Assembly (NCBI GenBank): GCA_037138135.1 | Contig: JBAXIY010000002.1 | Span: 1-52,216 of the forward strand | Reading direction: 5' to 3' | Source of the DNA: Verrucomicrobiia bacterium | GTDB taxonomy: Bacteria; Verrucomicrobiota; Verrucomicrobiia; Limisphaerales; UBA11358 | DNA: 52,216 nucleotides | In this document: piece by piece, positions 1-8,971 of the stretch | Position numbering within the stretch: position 1 is the first letter of the stretch | How the letters are laid out: each line of letters begins with the position of its first letter | Made by a program: the position numbers and the translations under genes | The notes under the pieces: generated by a model | Databases searched by the model: none | The model's input: the letters and a program-made list of their open reading frames with translations, nothing else | Told to the model about the DNA's origin: nothing

Positions 1-148
1 CGATTCCGACTCTCGCCTCCAGCTTAATATACTGATTTATTGGGCTATTTGCAGGCGATAGCGGTCAAGTGCCAGTGAAAGTGCCAGTAAACCGCGCCGA
101 TTTTACCGTAGTGCGCCGTTACTCGGAATTGATGTGACTTAGTTCTAT

Positions 149-808
149 TCACGGCAAGGGTTCAATGTATAGGTTGCGAAATTCAACCGGCTTGCCTTCA
201 GCCTGCAAGCCAATCGCGCCGGAAGTGAGCGATGTCCCGGTGACTTCGTTTTGCAGCACGCCATTGACGCGAACCGCCACGCGATTGCTGCGACACACGA
301 TGTCGCAAGCATTCCATTCGCCGACGGACTTTTCCGAGCTGGGCTGGCGGTGGGGCACGGCTTTGGGAGAGTCCGAGGTAAGTTCCTGCACGCGCGAGCC
401 GCCGTTGCAGCGGATATCGCCCGCTTTGTCGGACAGCAGTTGCGCCTCCAGACAGTTCGGCCAAACTTTGTCCGGCGCATTGATATGGAGAAAAACACCG
501 CTGTTTCCAGGGCCGGCCGGGAAGCGCCATTCCACATGCAACTGGTAATCGCGATACGTCTGGATGGTCCGCGCGTAGCCGTTCGGTTTGCCCTGACACG
601 CGATGACGCCGTTGGTCACCGACCAGATGGCTGCGGCTAGCTCGTTCGTATCTTTAGAAACAAATGTCCAGCCGGAAAAACTTTGGCCGTTGAACAGCTT
701 GATCTTCTTGGTGGGTGCGATGGCGACCTCAATTGAAGGGCGATCATCGGCTTGTGCGTTGATAATTAATCCACTGATTGCGGAAAGAAAAATGAGGAAT
801 CGTATCAT
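149..808 (-). CDS. Secreted DUF1080 / 3-keto-disaccharide hydrolase-like beta-sandwich protein
   Basis: The internal ATG at 808 of the 149..1117 ORF gives a signal peptide, MIRFLIFLSAISGLIINAQA. The 103 codons upstream are Arg-rich, run across the stop of the upstream gene (829) and look non-coding. Family-typical motifs are KLFNGQSFSGW, NSGVFLH, EAQLLSD, GEWNACDIVC and GAIGLQAEGKPVEFRNLYIEPL. Confidence 0.8.
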   Translation of the reverse strand: MIRFLIFLSAISGLIINAQADDRPSIEVAIAPTKKIKLFNGQSFSGWTFVSKDTNELAAAIWSVTNGVIACQGKPNGYARTIQTYRDYQLHVEWRFPAGPGNSGVFLHINAPDKVWPNCLEAQLLSDKAGDIRCNGGSRVQELTSDSPKAVPHRQPSSEKSVGEWNACDIVCRSNRVAVRVNGVLQNEVTGTSLTSGAIGLQAEGKPVEFRNLYIEPLP

Positions 809-828
809 AGTGGGAAGTTCATTATTTT

Positions 829-2301
829 TCACCCTACGAGCCCGGCGCGGATGCAGACGTTGAGATAGGCGGCGGCGGACCAGAGCTGGCGGCCGGAACC
901 GCTGATAAGTCCGTCCGGTAGCGTGATGTATTCGTGGAAAGAGCCGAAGGAATCGGCCTCCGCCTGATCCGCTTTCGCTTTCTTGGGTTTGATGGCAGTT
1001 CCCACCGAGCGCGCGAGCAGCGCGGCGTTGTAGTCGGTGTAATCTTGCCCGTCGGCGATGGATTTCCCCCACAGAAAGAACGTGTCGCAGAACGGCCAAC
1101 TGGCGTGGTTGTGCCACTCCGATCCGTCGGTGTCAGCAATGAACGGAAAGAAGAGCGGGATACCATTGTCGGGCGTGGGAAAGCCCGCATAAGCCGCCTT
1201 GGCCGCATCGCCTTCCACAATCCCGAAAATGACGGCGAAGGCGGTCGCATAGCCCGAGCGGTTTAGCATGAGTTTTCCATGGCGATCCTTGTAATAAGCA
1301 AGCGTGCCGTCGGGCTTGGTGAATTCCTTCTGGATGGCGACTTTGAGCGCGGCGGCGCGATCCAGCCACTGCTGCTTTTCATTGGCCGGCCGGCCGGATT
1401 TTTCACACGCCTTAGCCATCGCCTGCATGCCACGATAGTAGAGGCAGTTTGTGGAAAGAGGTTTGAGCAGCACGCAATCGGCAATGGTCATGCCCTTGGG
1501 ATAGGCGGAGCTTTGGATGTCGTGAAAGAGCGCCTGACCGCGATATAGGCCGTCGCTTTTATCGAACCACGGCGTATAAAACACTTTGAAAAACAGCTCG
1601 CCGTTTTCGGCCATCCACTTCCAGTCGGCCAGCTTTGGATGGAGAGTGAAAAGATTGTCCACCGCCCAAAGCCAGGCCACATCATCGGTGCGCCGGGTGT
1701 AGGAGTTGGTCCGGTATTTCGCCATGATCTCCTTGTCGATTTGCGCAATCACCTCCCAAGGGGCGTCTATCTCTTTGACCACGTGCGGAGCTGAAACTTT
1801 GTAGCCTAACTCCTTGCGGATTTCGCGCGCCAACTTCAGCGATGAGAGCATGATGTCCGGGTAAAAGCGGTTGAGCCCGAGCACGCCGGAAATGGCGATG
1901 TCGCGCTCGTAAATCCGGAGGCCATACTGGCTGCCCGCGCCGAAATAAACCGTGCCCGATTCGCTGGTCACCAGGTTGTGCTCCGCGTCGTCCAGGGCAA
2001 TTTTCCATAGACGTTCAGTCAGCGGCGTGATGTCGCCTTGCAATCGCACCCGGCACTTGGGCTCCGGGTTGGGAAGCTTGTCTAACGAATACGCGCCGAT
2101 GGCATCGCGCACGGAATCGGCCGTCATGACCAGCGGGCCCTGCTCATAGAGGAATCGGTTTTGGGGTTTCGTTGATGCGCGCGGCGCGGTTCCGGACTCA
2201 GGCAACGCCAAGCCGGCAGCCAAACCCGAGCCCGACCAAGCCAGCCCGGTAGCCACTGTGCCCAAAAAGCTGCGCCGATTCATTTTGACTCCCTGACTCA
2301 T
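829..2301 (-). CDS. Tat-signal (alpha/alpha)6 six-hairpin glycosidase-like protein, family unassigned
   Basis: Twin-arginine motif in MSQGVKMNRRSFLGTVATGLAWSGSGLAAGLA. The C-terminal half carries WLDRAAALKVAIQKEF, WPFCDTFFLWG and GRQLWSAAAYLNV, reminiscent of GH15/GDE_C/GH63-type toroids. A close paralogue (roughly three quarters identical by eye) lies at 43613..45106. An alternative start at ATG 2283 is preceded by AGGGAG. Confidence 0.6.
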   Translation of the reverse strand: MSQGVKMNRRSFLGTVATGLAWSGSGLAAGLALPESGTAPRASTKPQNRFLYEQGPLVMTADSVRDAIGAYSLDKLPNPEPKCRVRLQGDITPLTERLWKIALDDAEHNLVTSESGTVYFGAGSQYGLRIYERDIAISGVLGLNRFYPDIMLSSLKLAREIRKELGYKVSAPHVVKEIDAPWEVIAQIDKEIMAKYRTNSYTRRTDDVAWLWAVDNLFTLHPKLADWKWMAENGELFFKVFYTPWFDKSDGLYRGQALFHDIQSSAYPKGMTIADCVLLKPLSTNCLYYRGMQAMAKACEKSGRPANEKQQWLDRAAALKVAIQKEFTKPDGTLAYYKDRHGKLMLNRSGYATAFAVIFGIVEGDAAKAAYAGFPTPDNGIPLFFPFIADTDGSEWHNHASWPFCDTFFLWGKSIADGQDYTDYNAALLARSVGTAIKPKKAKADQAEADSFGSFHEYITLPDGLISGSGRQLWSAAAYLNVCIRAGLVG

Positions 2302-2403
2302 GTTTAGTGCTGCGCGTGACCAAGAACAAGATGATGTCTTGGTGTTTTCATAGCGTGCTGCCTCGATGCGGTTGTTTACCCGCGGGGATTTGTGCCGGCA
2401 AAG

Positions 2404-4299
2404 TCATTCCGATTCCGGAGCACCTTCCGTTTTATTCTTTTTGCCACGTTTGGTTTTACCCGCTTTAGACGCGTTCGGCGCGCCGCTGTCGGAAACCTTA
2501 TTATTGGTGGGAGGACGAAGCGCTGGCATCTCCGGTTCGCCACGGTGGACTTCGATCAGGCTGAAGATGTCGTCCTTGTCATCCGTGTTCAACAAGGCGA
2601 GGTCGCTGCCTTTGGTGCCGCCGTGACGGAGTTCGGCGTCGTTCAGCGTGACCGTCTCAAAATGCCATTGCTTGTCGCCTTTGCCGGTCACTGACAACCC
2701 TGTCTTCATCGTGGGTTTGCCAGCATCATAATCCAATTTCCAAGTGGAGCCTACCTGCGCGTCATACCAGACGACAGTGATCGACATGACTTTGGGCTGG
2801 GCATCTGCGGAAAAGCCGTCATGCAGCTTGAAATACATCGCGTCCTTGCCGGAGGCATGCTCAAAGCTCCGCGCAAACCGGGAATAGATGGAAGAGGTCG
2901 AGGTGATGAGGCCACCGACACGCCACAATGGAATCGAGGTGGCATCGGCATCGATCTGGTAGAGAAACCGGCCGTAGTTGTCCGCCCAGATATCCCAGCC
3001 CACGTCATTGAAGCCGGTTTGCTTTTCCCGTTGTTTGGACTGATTCAAGAGCAATGCTTTTTTATCGTCCACGCTGGCACCATACTTGGAAAATTCGGCG
3101 CAGATCTTCAGCATGCGCTCCACGTTTTTAGGCGTGGCTTCGCCGAACTTCGCCTCCGGATAAGCCTTCGTATCGGCGGCATCCAAACCTTTGTGCAGAG
3201 CGCAGAAGGCGTCGGTAGCCGTGCGGGGCTGAATCTGTCCCGCGTAGCGATTGAAGAAATAGAACGAGTAATCGAAGCCCTGCTCCTTGCACGATTGCAA
3301 AGCGCCGGCGCTGATGTCCCAAATGCTTTGACCGTTTTGCAGGCCGGTGAGAGCACCCCAATAGAAGCTGAGCGGAACATTCAGCTGATACCACGCACAC
3401 TGCCAGGTTTGGTCCATTTCCGATCGGGCAAAAAGCGGAGTGCCTTTCGCGCCGATCAGACGGGGTTGCCACGTTGCAATCTTGGTCTGCTCCCCGCTCA
3501 AATGGTGACCGCGCCCGCTGCCGGCAATCTTGATCCCGACACCGCCCTTGGCATTGGCCATCACCCACTCCCACTCTTTTTGATAACCATTCCCGCTCCC
3601 ATCATCCTCACCCGGCGAAGCGTTGTTAAACATCAGGCTAATCTGGGGATGGGCAGAAGCTCCCTGAAAGGTCTTCACAAACACGTCAAACGCCCACAGG
3701 CGGAACTCCCGCCACGCGGGCGACTTCACGGGCAAGTCGAATTTTTTCTCAACCACATCACCCTTGTAAGCGCATTCATCGCCCGTGCACCCGGTCTTGA
3801 CCTGGATGAACGCAATGCGCTCTTGTTTTTCTTTCGGGTAACTGCGGATGTGCTTCCCGAATTCCGTGATCAATCGTTGGAAAAACGTTTTGTATGCCGG
3901 CGAAGGATAGAATGGGTAAACCGGCCAACTGTCGTGAATTTGGTTGTCGGTCTTCACCTCCGGGACACCCTTGGCATAGATCCATTTGGGGGCATCAGGC
4001 CCCACGCCCAAAGCAAGATAGATGAACTGGTTTCTCTGAACGGCGCTCTCCATGGCCTGATCCAGCTTGCTCCAGTCAAAAACGCCGGGCTGTTTTTCCA
4101 CTTCCTCCCAAGCTTGATTGAACGCCAATCCTTTCAGGAAGGGATAGTCCTTGGGATCAAATTGATTTCCCCGATCCCACACCCCAAAAGAACTGGGCGG
4201 CGGCGTCGCTTCAACCGCCAATGAGAAGCCAATCCCTATTAGGCCAATGAGACTGAGTATTCTGGCAAAGCCAGCGAGTTTGGGGTGATTGTGTTTCAT
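2404..4299 (-). CDS. Secreted clan GH-A-like (GH42/GH35-like) barrel protein with C-terminal beta-sandwich and Lys-rich tail; candidate glycosidase of an unassigned family
   Basis: Signal/anchor MKHNHPKLAGFARILSLIGLIGIGFSLAVEA. Barrel-start motifs are NQAWEEVEKQPGVFDWSKLDQAMESA and LGVGPDAPKWIY. IQVKTGCTGDECAYKG stands where a canonical Asn-Glu would be expected. The C-terminal domain SFEHASGKDAMYFKLH...VVWYD...IEVHRGE is shared with 13576..15360, 15357..17147 and 41662..43569. The tail is KAGKTKRGKKNK. Confidence 0.55.
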   Translation of the reverse strand: MKHNHPKLAGFARILSLIGLIGIGFSLAVEATPPPSSFGVWDRGNQFDPKDYPFLKGLAFNQAWEEVEKQPGVFDWSKLDQAMESAVQRNQFIYLALGVGPDAPKWIYAKGVPEVKTDNQIHDSWPVYPFYPSPAYKTFFQRLITEFGKHIRSYPKEKQERIAFIQVKTGCTGDECAYKGDVVEKKFDLPVKSPAWREFRLWAFDVFVKTFQGASAHPQISLMFNNASPGEDDGSGNGYQKEWEWVMANAKGGVGIKIAGSGRGHHLSGEQTKIATWQPRLIGAKGTPLFARSEMDQTWQCAWYQLNVPLSFYWGALTGLQNGQSIWDISAGALQSCKEQGFDYSFYFFNRYAGQIQPRTATDAFCALHKGLDAADTKAYPEAKFGEATPKNVERMLKICAEFSKYGASVDDKKALLLNQSKQREKQTGFNDVGWDIWADNYGRFLYQIDADATSIPLWRVGGLITSTSSIYSRFARSFEHASGKDAMYFKLHDGFSADAQPKVMSITVVWYDAQVGSTWKLDYDAGKPTMKTGLSVTGKGDKQWHFETVTLNDAELRHGGTKGSDLALLNTDDKDDIFSLIEVHRGEPEMPALRPPTNNKVSDSGAPNASKAGKTKRGKKNKTEGAPESE

Positions 4300-4339
4300 G
4301 ATGATTTTGTATTATCGAATGATGGTTGCCGGTCGCGTC

Positions 4340-5923
4340 CTAGCGTTTGGCTTCGGCAGGTTTCGCCGATGCGCCCTTAATGGTTTCCAGTTGCTTCGCT
4401 AACTCCTTGGCCTTTTTTGGATTCTGCGCGATGACGTTGGTCGTTTCGTTTGGATCGGTGGCGAGGTCGAACAACAACGGCTCAGGTATGGTCGCGGCGG
4501 CGAAGCGTGCGTCGGCGACATTCGCACCACTACCCATACCGCCTGCACCGGCGGTGGCGGGGATATATTTCCAGTGTCCCTGGCGGAGCGCGAGTCCACC
4601 AATGCCATGCAGGACGGTGTTATCGCGGAGATTTTTCTTCGTCTTACCCAGCAGCACGGCGGACAAATCCAAACTGTCCGGAGCGGTTTCCGCCGGAAGC
4701 TTTTGGCCAACGATCTTTGCCAGTGTGGCATAGCAGTCCATCAGACTGAACAACTGGTCACTGACGCGCGGCTTGATCTGCTGCGGCCAGCGCGCGATGA
4801 ACGGCACGCGGCAGCCGCCTTCAAACGTGAGATACTTCCAGCCGCGAAGGCCGGCGGTGGGTTGATGGCCATTCAAGTCCTCCACCGAATGGTCGTAGTA
4901 ACCGTCAAAGAGAATCGGGCCGTTGTCGCTGGAGAGAATAACGATGGTGTTGGTCGCAAGTTGGAGGCGGTCGAGCGTCTTCATGATTTCCCCGACTTCC
5001 CAGTCAATTTGTTGGATGACATCACCGCGCACGCCGCAATCGCTCGTGCCGACAAATGGTTTCTCGGCCACGCGGGGCACATGCGGTTCAAACAAGCCGA
5101 CTTCGAGGAAGAACGGCTGGTCCTTCCGCTGCTCGATGAATTCGATGGATTTGGCGACGACCGTGCTGGCGAGTTCCTCGTCCTTGAAGCGCGCGGAATG
5201 GCCGCCCTTCATGTAGCCGATGCGGCTGATGCCATTAATGATCGTGCAAGAGTGTTGTTTGTCCGCGCCATAGCGGGTGAGAAGTTCGGGATGCTCCAAG
5301 CCGGTCGGTTCGTCGCTGATGTTGGTGATGTAGCTCACCTGAATCGGGTCGGCGGGATCAAGGTTCAGCACCTTGTGATTTTCAATCCACACGCTCGGCA
5401 CACGATCCACCGTGGCGGGAATGATGTGTGAATAATCGAAACCAATTTCGAGCGGACCGGGTTTGACTTCGCCGTTGAAATCCACCTTGGTCTGCCCATC
5501 ACCGAGACCAAGATGCCATTTGCCGACAATGCCGGTCTGGTAACCCGCATCGCGCAACATCGCGGGCAGCGTGCGCCGGCCCGGTTCGATGCAGAGCGGC
5601 GCATCGCCATCCAGAATCGTGTTGCTCTTCGCCTTCTGCCGCCAGGCGTATTCGCCGGTCAACAGCGAGTAGCGCGACGGCGTGCAGGTCGCGGACGGCG
5701 CGTAACTCTGCGTGAAGCGAACGCCATCTGCCGCCAGCCGGTCAATGTTCGGCGTCTTGATTTTCGTCGCTCCAGCGCAACTGATATCCCCAGGGCCGAG
5801 GTCGTCGGCGAGAATGATGATGATGTTGGGCTTGGTCGGCAGCTTCGTAGCCGCCGCGACCGATAACGCGACCAGCGGCGTCAGCAGCAGGGCGGCGAGA
5901 CAGTTGTTTAAAGGATGGCGCAT
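4340..5923 (-). CDS. S1 (formylglycine-dependent, Cys-type) sulfatase
   Basis: ATG 5923 gives MRHPLNNCLAALLLTPLVALSVAAA. The ORF-track start at 5959 would overlap the upstream gene. Motifs: IIIILADDLGPGD, CTPSRYSLLTG and GKWHLGLG. Confidence 0.92.
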   Translation of the reverse strand: MRHPLNNCLAALLLTPLVALSVAAATKLPTKPNIIIILADDLGPGDISCAGATKIKTPNIDRLAADGVRFTQSYAPSATCTPSRYSLLTGEYAWRQKAKSNTILDGDAPLCIEPGRRTLPAMLRDAGYQTGIVGKWHLGLGDGQTKVDFNGEVKPGPLEIGFDYSHIIPATVDRVPSVWIENHKVLNLDPADPIQVSYITNISDEPTGLEHPELLTRYGADKQHSCTIINGISRIGYMKGGHSARFKDEELASTVVAKSIEFIEQRKDQPFFLEVGLFEPHVPRVAEKPFVGTSDCGVRGDVIQQIDWEVGEIMKTLDRLQLATNTIVILSSDNGPILFDGYYDHSVEDLNGHQPTAGLRGWKYLTFEGGCRVPFIARWPQQIKPRVSDQLFSLMDCYATLAKIVGQKLPAETAPDSLDLSAVLLGKTKKNLRDNTVLHGIGGLALRQGHWKYIPATAGAGGMGSGANVADARFAAATIPEPLLFDLATDPNETTNVIAQNPKKAKELAKQLETIKGASAKPAEAKR

Positions 5924-5930
5924 GGTGTAT

Positions 5931-7376
5931 TTATTTTTTGCTGGGGGCAGGATCAGCATTTTCTTCGTTCAAAGATTCAGAAAGCGATGCCGCCTTCTTT
6001 TTCTTGCCCGGCTTCTTGTTGTCCTTCTGGGATTTTTCCGGCGCGTCGTAATGCGGGGAAGGCGTGTGTTCCACCGCCATGATGCTTTCGATTTTCTGAA
6101 CGATGTCCGGATGGTCGGCGGCAAGGTTGTGCTGTTCGGTGGGATCGGCCTTGAGGTCGTAGAGTTCGAGCGGCTCTTTCGTGCCCAACCGGTAACCTTT
6201 CCAGTCGCCTAGGCGCACCGATTGTTGGAAATAGGGCTCGTAGATTTCGAAGTAGAGCGAGTCGTGCTGCTGCGATTGTTTCTGACCGAGCAACGTCGGC
6301 AAAATGGAGATACCGTCCATGCCGGATGGCGCGGGAACGCCGACGAGATCCGCCGCCGTCGGCAGAAAATCCACGAACGTGGTCAGCAGGTCATTGGTCG
6401 TGCCCGGCTTGATCCGGCCCGGCCAGCGGGCAATGAATGGCGCGCGTATGCCGCCTTCGTAAAGCATCCGCTTGTAACCCCGCAACCCGCCGGTGCTGCC
6501 GAGCTGCTTGATGAATTCCTCCTGAGCACCGTTGTCGGAACTAAAGATCACCAGCGTATTCTCAGCGATGCCGAGGTCTTTAAGCTTCTGCATGACGCGG
6601 CCAACATCCTTGTCAACGAGCGCGACCATCGCGGCGTAATTTTTTTCTGTCTCCAACCAGGACTTCTGGGAATACGGAGCGTTGTCCGGAATGACGTAGT
6701 CCGCGTGCGGCGGCGTCCAGGCGGCGTAGCAGAAAAACGGGTGATCCTTGTTTTGCTCGATGAACTTGAGCGTCTCATTGGCGATGCGCGTGTGGGAATA
6801 ATCTTCCCACGTCTGCTTACCCGATTGCTGGTAGGGCACGTTCACGCTGTTGCGAACTAAATAGTCGGTGTAGTAATCGTGCGCGTGGACTTGGTCGTAG
6901 TAACCGAAGAACACGTCAAAACCTTCGTTCTCCGGCACGCCCGTTGTTCCGGGATTGCCCAGTCCCCATTTGCCGAAACCACCGGTCGCGTAGCCGGCGT
7001 CGTGCAGTAAACGGGCCACGGTCGGCTGTGCGGCCGGGAGGGAGAGGAGTCCGTCCTTGCTTTGGTTGGCGCGACGCAAACCGTGCCCGGTATGCTGGCC
7101 GGTCATCAGCACGCAACGGGACGGCGCACAGACAGCGCTGCCGCTGTAAGCGCGGGTAAACTTCATTCCTTCCGCCGCCAGACGGTCGATGTTGGGCGTG
7201 ACGCCGTATTTGCAACCATATGGCGAGAAATCCCCAATCCCAGCGTCATCGGCGAGGATGAAGACGATGTTAGGTTTCTTATCCGCCGGCGGCGACGCAT
7301 CAGCAGCGGGCGATGTGACGGGCAGCAATCCGAGTATTGCCGCCAGAACTGACAAGTGTTTATTGATGTATTTCAT
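5931..7376 (-). CDS. S1 (Cys-type) sulfatase with Lys-rich C-terminal tail
   Basis: ATG 7376 gives the signal peptide MKYINKHLSVLAAILGLLPVTSPAADA. The 54 codons upstream in the ORF track have no signal peptide. Motifs: IVFILADDAGIGD, CAPSRCVLMTG and GKWGLG. The tail is KDNKKPGKKKKAAS. Confidence 0.92.
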   Translation of the reverse strand: MKYINKHLSVLAAILGLLPVTSPAADASPPADKKPNIVFILADDAGIGDFSPYGCKYGVTPNIDRLAAEGMKFTRAYSGSAVCAPSRCVLMTGQHTGHGLRRANQSKDGLLSLPAAQPTVARLLHDAGYATGGFGKWGLGNPGTTGVPENEGFDVFFGYYDQVHAHDYYTDYLVRNSVNVPYQQSGKQTWEDYSHTRIANETLKFIEQNKDHPFFCYAAWTPPHADYVIPDNAPYSQKSWLETEKNYAAMVALVDKDVGRVMQKLKDLGIAENTLVIFSSDNGAQEEFIKQLGSTGGLRGYKRMLYEGGIRAPFIARWPGRIKPGTTNDLLTTFVDFLPTAADLVGVPAPSGMDGISILPTLLGQKQSQQHDSLYFEIYEPYFQQSVRLGDWKGYRLGTKEPLELYDLKADPTEQHNLAADHPDIVQKIESIMAVEHTPSPHYDAPEKSQKDNKKPGKKKKAASLSESLNEENADPAPSKK

Positions 7377-7395
7377 AGTCGTTACTTTTTGAGGC

Positions 7396-8967
7396 TCATT
7401 CTTCTTTGGTCGCTTGGATTTTTTCGCCGCGCATGGTCCGCTCATAGAAGTTGCGTTTGTCGGCAAAGCCGTAGGGGTATTCGTCGTAAATGTGTCCGTT
7501 GCCAAACATGCGCGGATCATCCTGTTGCTTGAGTTCATCGAAGAGTTGCGTCTGAAGTTTGGTAAACGACACCGTCGCGGCCAGATTCGTCATGCAATCC
7601 GGATCACGGCGCAGATCAAACAACTGGTCGGCCGGCAGCTTGCCAAACGAGGCATCAAAGAGGTATTTGAGGCCGGGCTGCTTCTCCGTGGCGAGCACCG
7701 CCGTCTTGGTCGGGCTGTCGTCCGTGTCCTTGTAGCCGGTCTCCACCACTCCCCCCGGGCCGCGATTGGTTTCGAAGTTGTGCAAGTAAAGCATCCCGTC
7801 CTTCACGATGCCGCGGATCGGATATCCTTCGTCATTCGGCCGACCGACATCATTGCGCTCCTTGCTGAGGAGGACGTGGTCGCGTTGTGGAATGACGTGG
7901 CCGGATTGGTCCGACGTGAAAAATTCCGTCAGGCTTCGGCCCGTGATCGCCGCCATGCCACTCTTGCTTTGCTCGATGCCGGCGACCTTCAGGAACGTGG
8001 GCGCAAAATCAATGAAGCTCACATAATCATCCACCACCCGGCCCGGCTTGGCGATGCCCTTGGGCCACATGATGGCCAGCGGTAAATGATCAGAGTTGTT
8101 GTAGGCATAACCCTTGTCGTGCGGAAACGGCATGCCGTTGTCGGAGGTCACGACCACGATGGTATTTTCGAGCAGACCGCGCTTTTCCAACTCGGCCAGC
8201 ATCCGGCTCAGATGCAGATCGAAATACTCCACCTCGAACGCGTAATCGAGCATGTCGTTGCGCACCTCCTCGGTATCCGGCCAACACGCCGGCATGCGAT
8301 CGATGTCGGAGAGCTTCTTGCCACCCTTGGCCACGCCCGAACCGTATTCGTAACCGCGATGCGGCTCATGGCCGCCATACCAAAAGGACCAAGGTTGGTC
8401 TTTTGGAGCGGCGTCCAGGAAATCATTGAAATTCCCCGCGTAATTGACCGGCGATATTCCTTTGGTTGGTTTGGCGGGAAATCTCTTCGCATCAAATGGC
8501 TTGCCCGCCATCTCACGGTTTTCGCCCACGGCATTGGTGGCAATGCCCGGTCCCCAGCCCTTGCCAGTCATTCCGACAAAGTAACCCTGCTCGCCCAGCG
8601 CCTCTTGGTAGGACTTGAACTCCGGCGGAAAGATGGACCAGTGATTACCCGCCGCCTTGAGCTGCCACGGGTTGCGGCCCGTGATGATGCACGCCCGCGA
8701 CGGCGAGCATTTGCCGCACGGCGTGTAGGCCTCGGTGAACAGTAGGCCGTCGCGCGCAACGCGATCCATCGCGGGCGTCTTGATCCATTTGCAGCCATAG
8801 ACCCCGGCGTGCCCAAACGACCAGTCATCGGCCACGGCAAACAGGATGTTGGGTTTGGCTGATGGCTTCGCAGGTTCTGTGGCCGGGAGCGCGGCGGGCG
8901 ATGCCAGCAACAGCGCGACGAGGGCGAAAACTCTTCGAGTTATTTTACTCATTTGGTTACTTTTCAT
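7396..8967 (-). CDS. S1 (Cys-type) sulfatase
   Basis: Signal peptide [29 protein letters not shown], with an alternative ATG at 8952. Motifs: [14 protein letters not shown] and [11 protein letters not shown]. Confidence 0.9.
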   Translation of the reverse strand: MKSNQMSKITRRVFALVALLLASPAALPATEPAKPSAKPNILFAVADDWSFGHAGVYGCKWIKTPAMDRVARDGLLFTEAYTPCGKCSPSRACIITGRNPWQLKAAGNHWSIFPPEFKSYQEALGEQGYFVGMTGKGWGPGIATNAVGENREMAGKPFDAKRFPAKPTKGISPVNYAGNFNDFLDAAPKDQPWSFWYGGHEPHRGYEYGSGVAKGGKKLSDIDRMPACWPDTEEVRNDMLDYAFEVEYFDLHLSRMLAELEKRGLLENTIVVVTSDNGMPFPHDKGYAYNNSDHLPLAIMWPKGIAKPGRVVDDYVSFIDFAPTFLKVAGIEQSKSGMAAITGRSLTEFFTSDQSGHVIPQRDHVLLSKERNDVGRPNDEGYPIRGIVKDGMLYLHNFETNRGPGGVVETGYKDTDDSPTKTAVLATEKQPGLKYLFDASFGKLPADQLFDLRRDPDCMTNLAATVSFTKLQTQLFDELKQQDDPRMFGNGHIYDEYPYGFADKRNFYERTMRGEKIQATKEE

Positions 8968-8971
8968 AAAT

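Noticed and set aside
68-90. Imperfect tandem direct repeat AGTGCCAGTGAA / AGTGCCAGTAA downstream of the last gene.
   Set aside because: There are only two short copies and no associated hairpin or U-tract. It lies at the window edge without context, so I cannot distinguish a regulator site from chance.
809-1117. N-terminal extension of the DUF1080 ORF. Analogous extensions lie at 5924..5959, 7377..7538, 36415..36525, 45107..45331 and 46939..46965.
   Set aside because: The extensions overlap the 3' end of the upstream gene or the intergenic DNA, and they are Arg/Ser-rich. In each case they precede an internal ATG that yields a classical signal peptide and restores non-overlapping or ATGA-coupled spacing.
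2319-2343. Hairpin (accaaga-N11-tcttggt) in the 102-nt gap between 2404..4299 and 829..2301, considered as a possible terminator.
   Set aside because: The stem is only 7 bp with an 11-nt loop, and no U-tract follows on the minus strand. It is much weaker than the clear terminator at 48261..48300.
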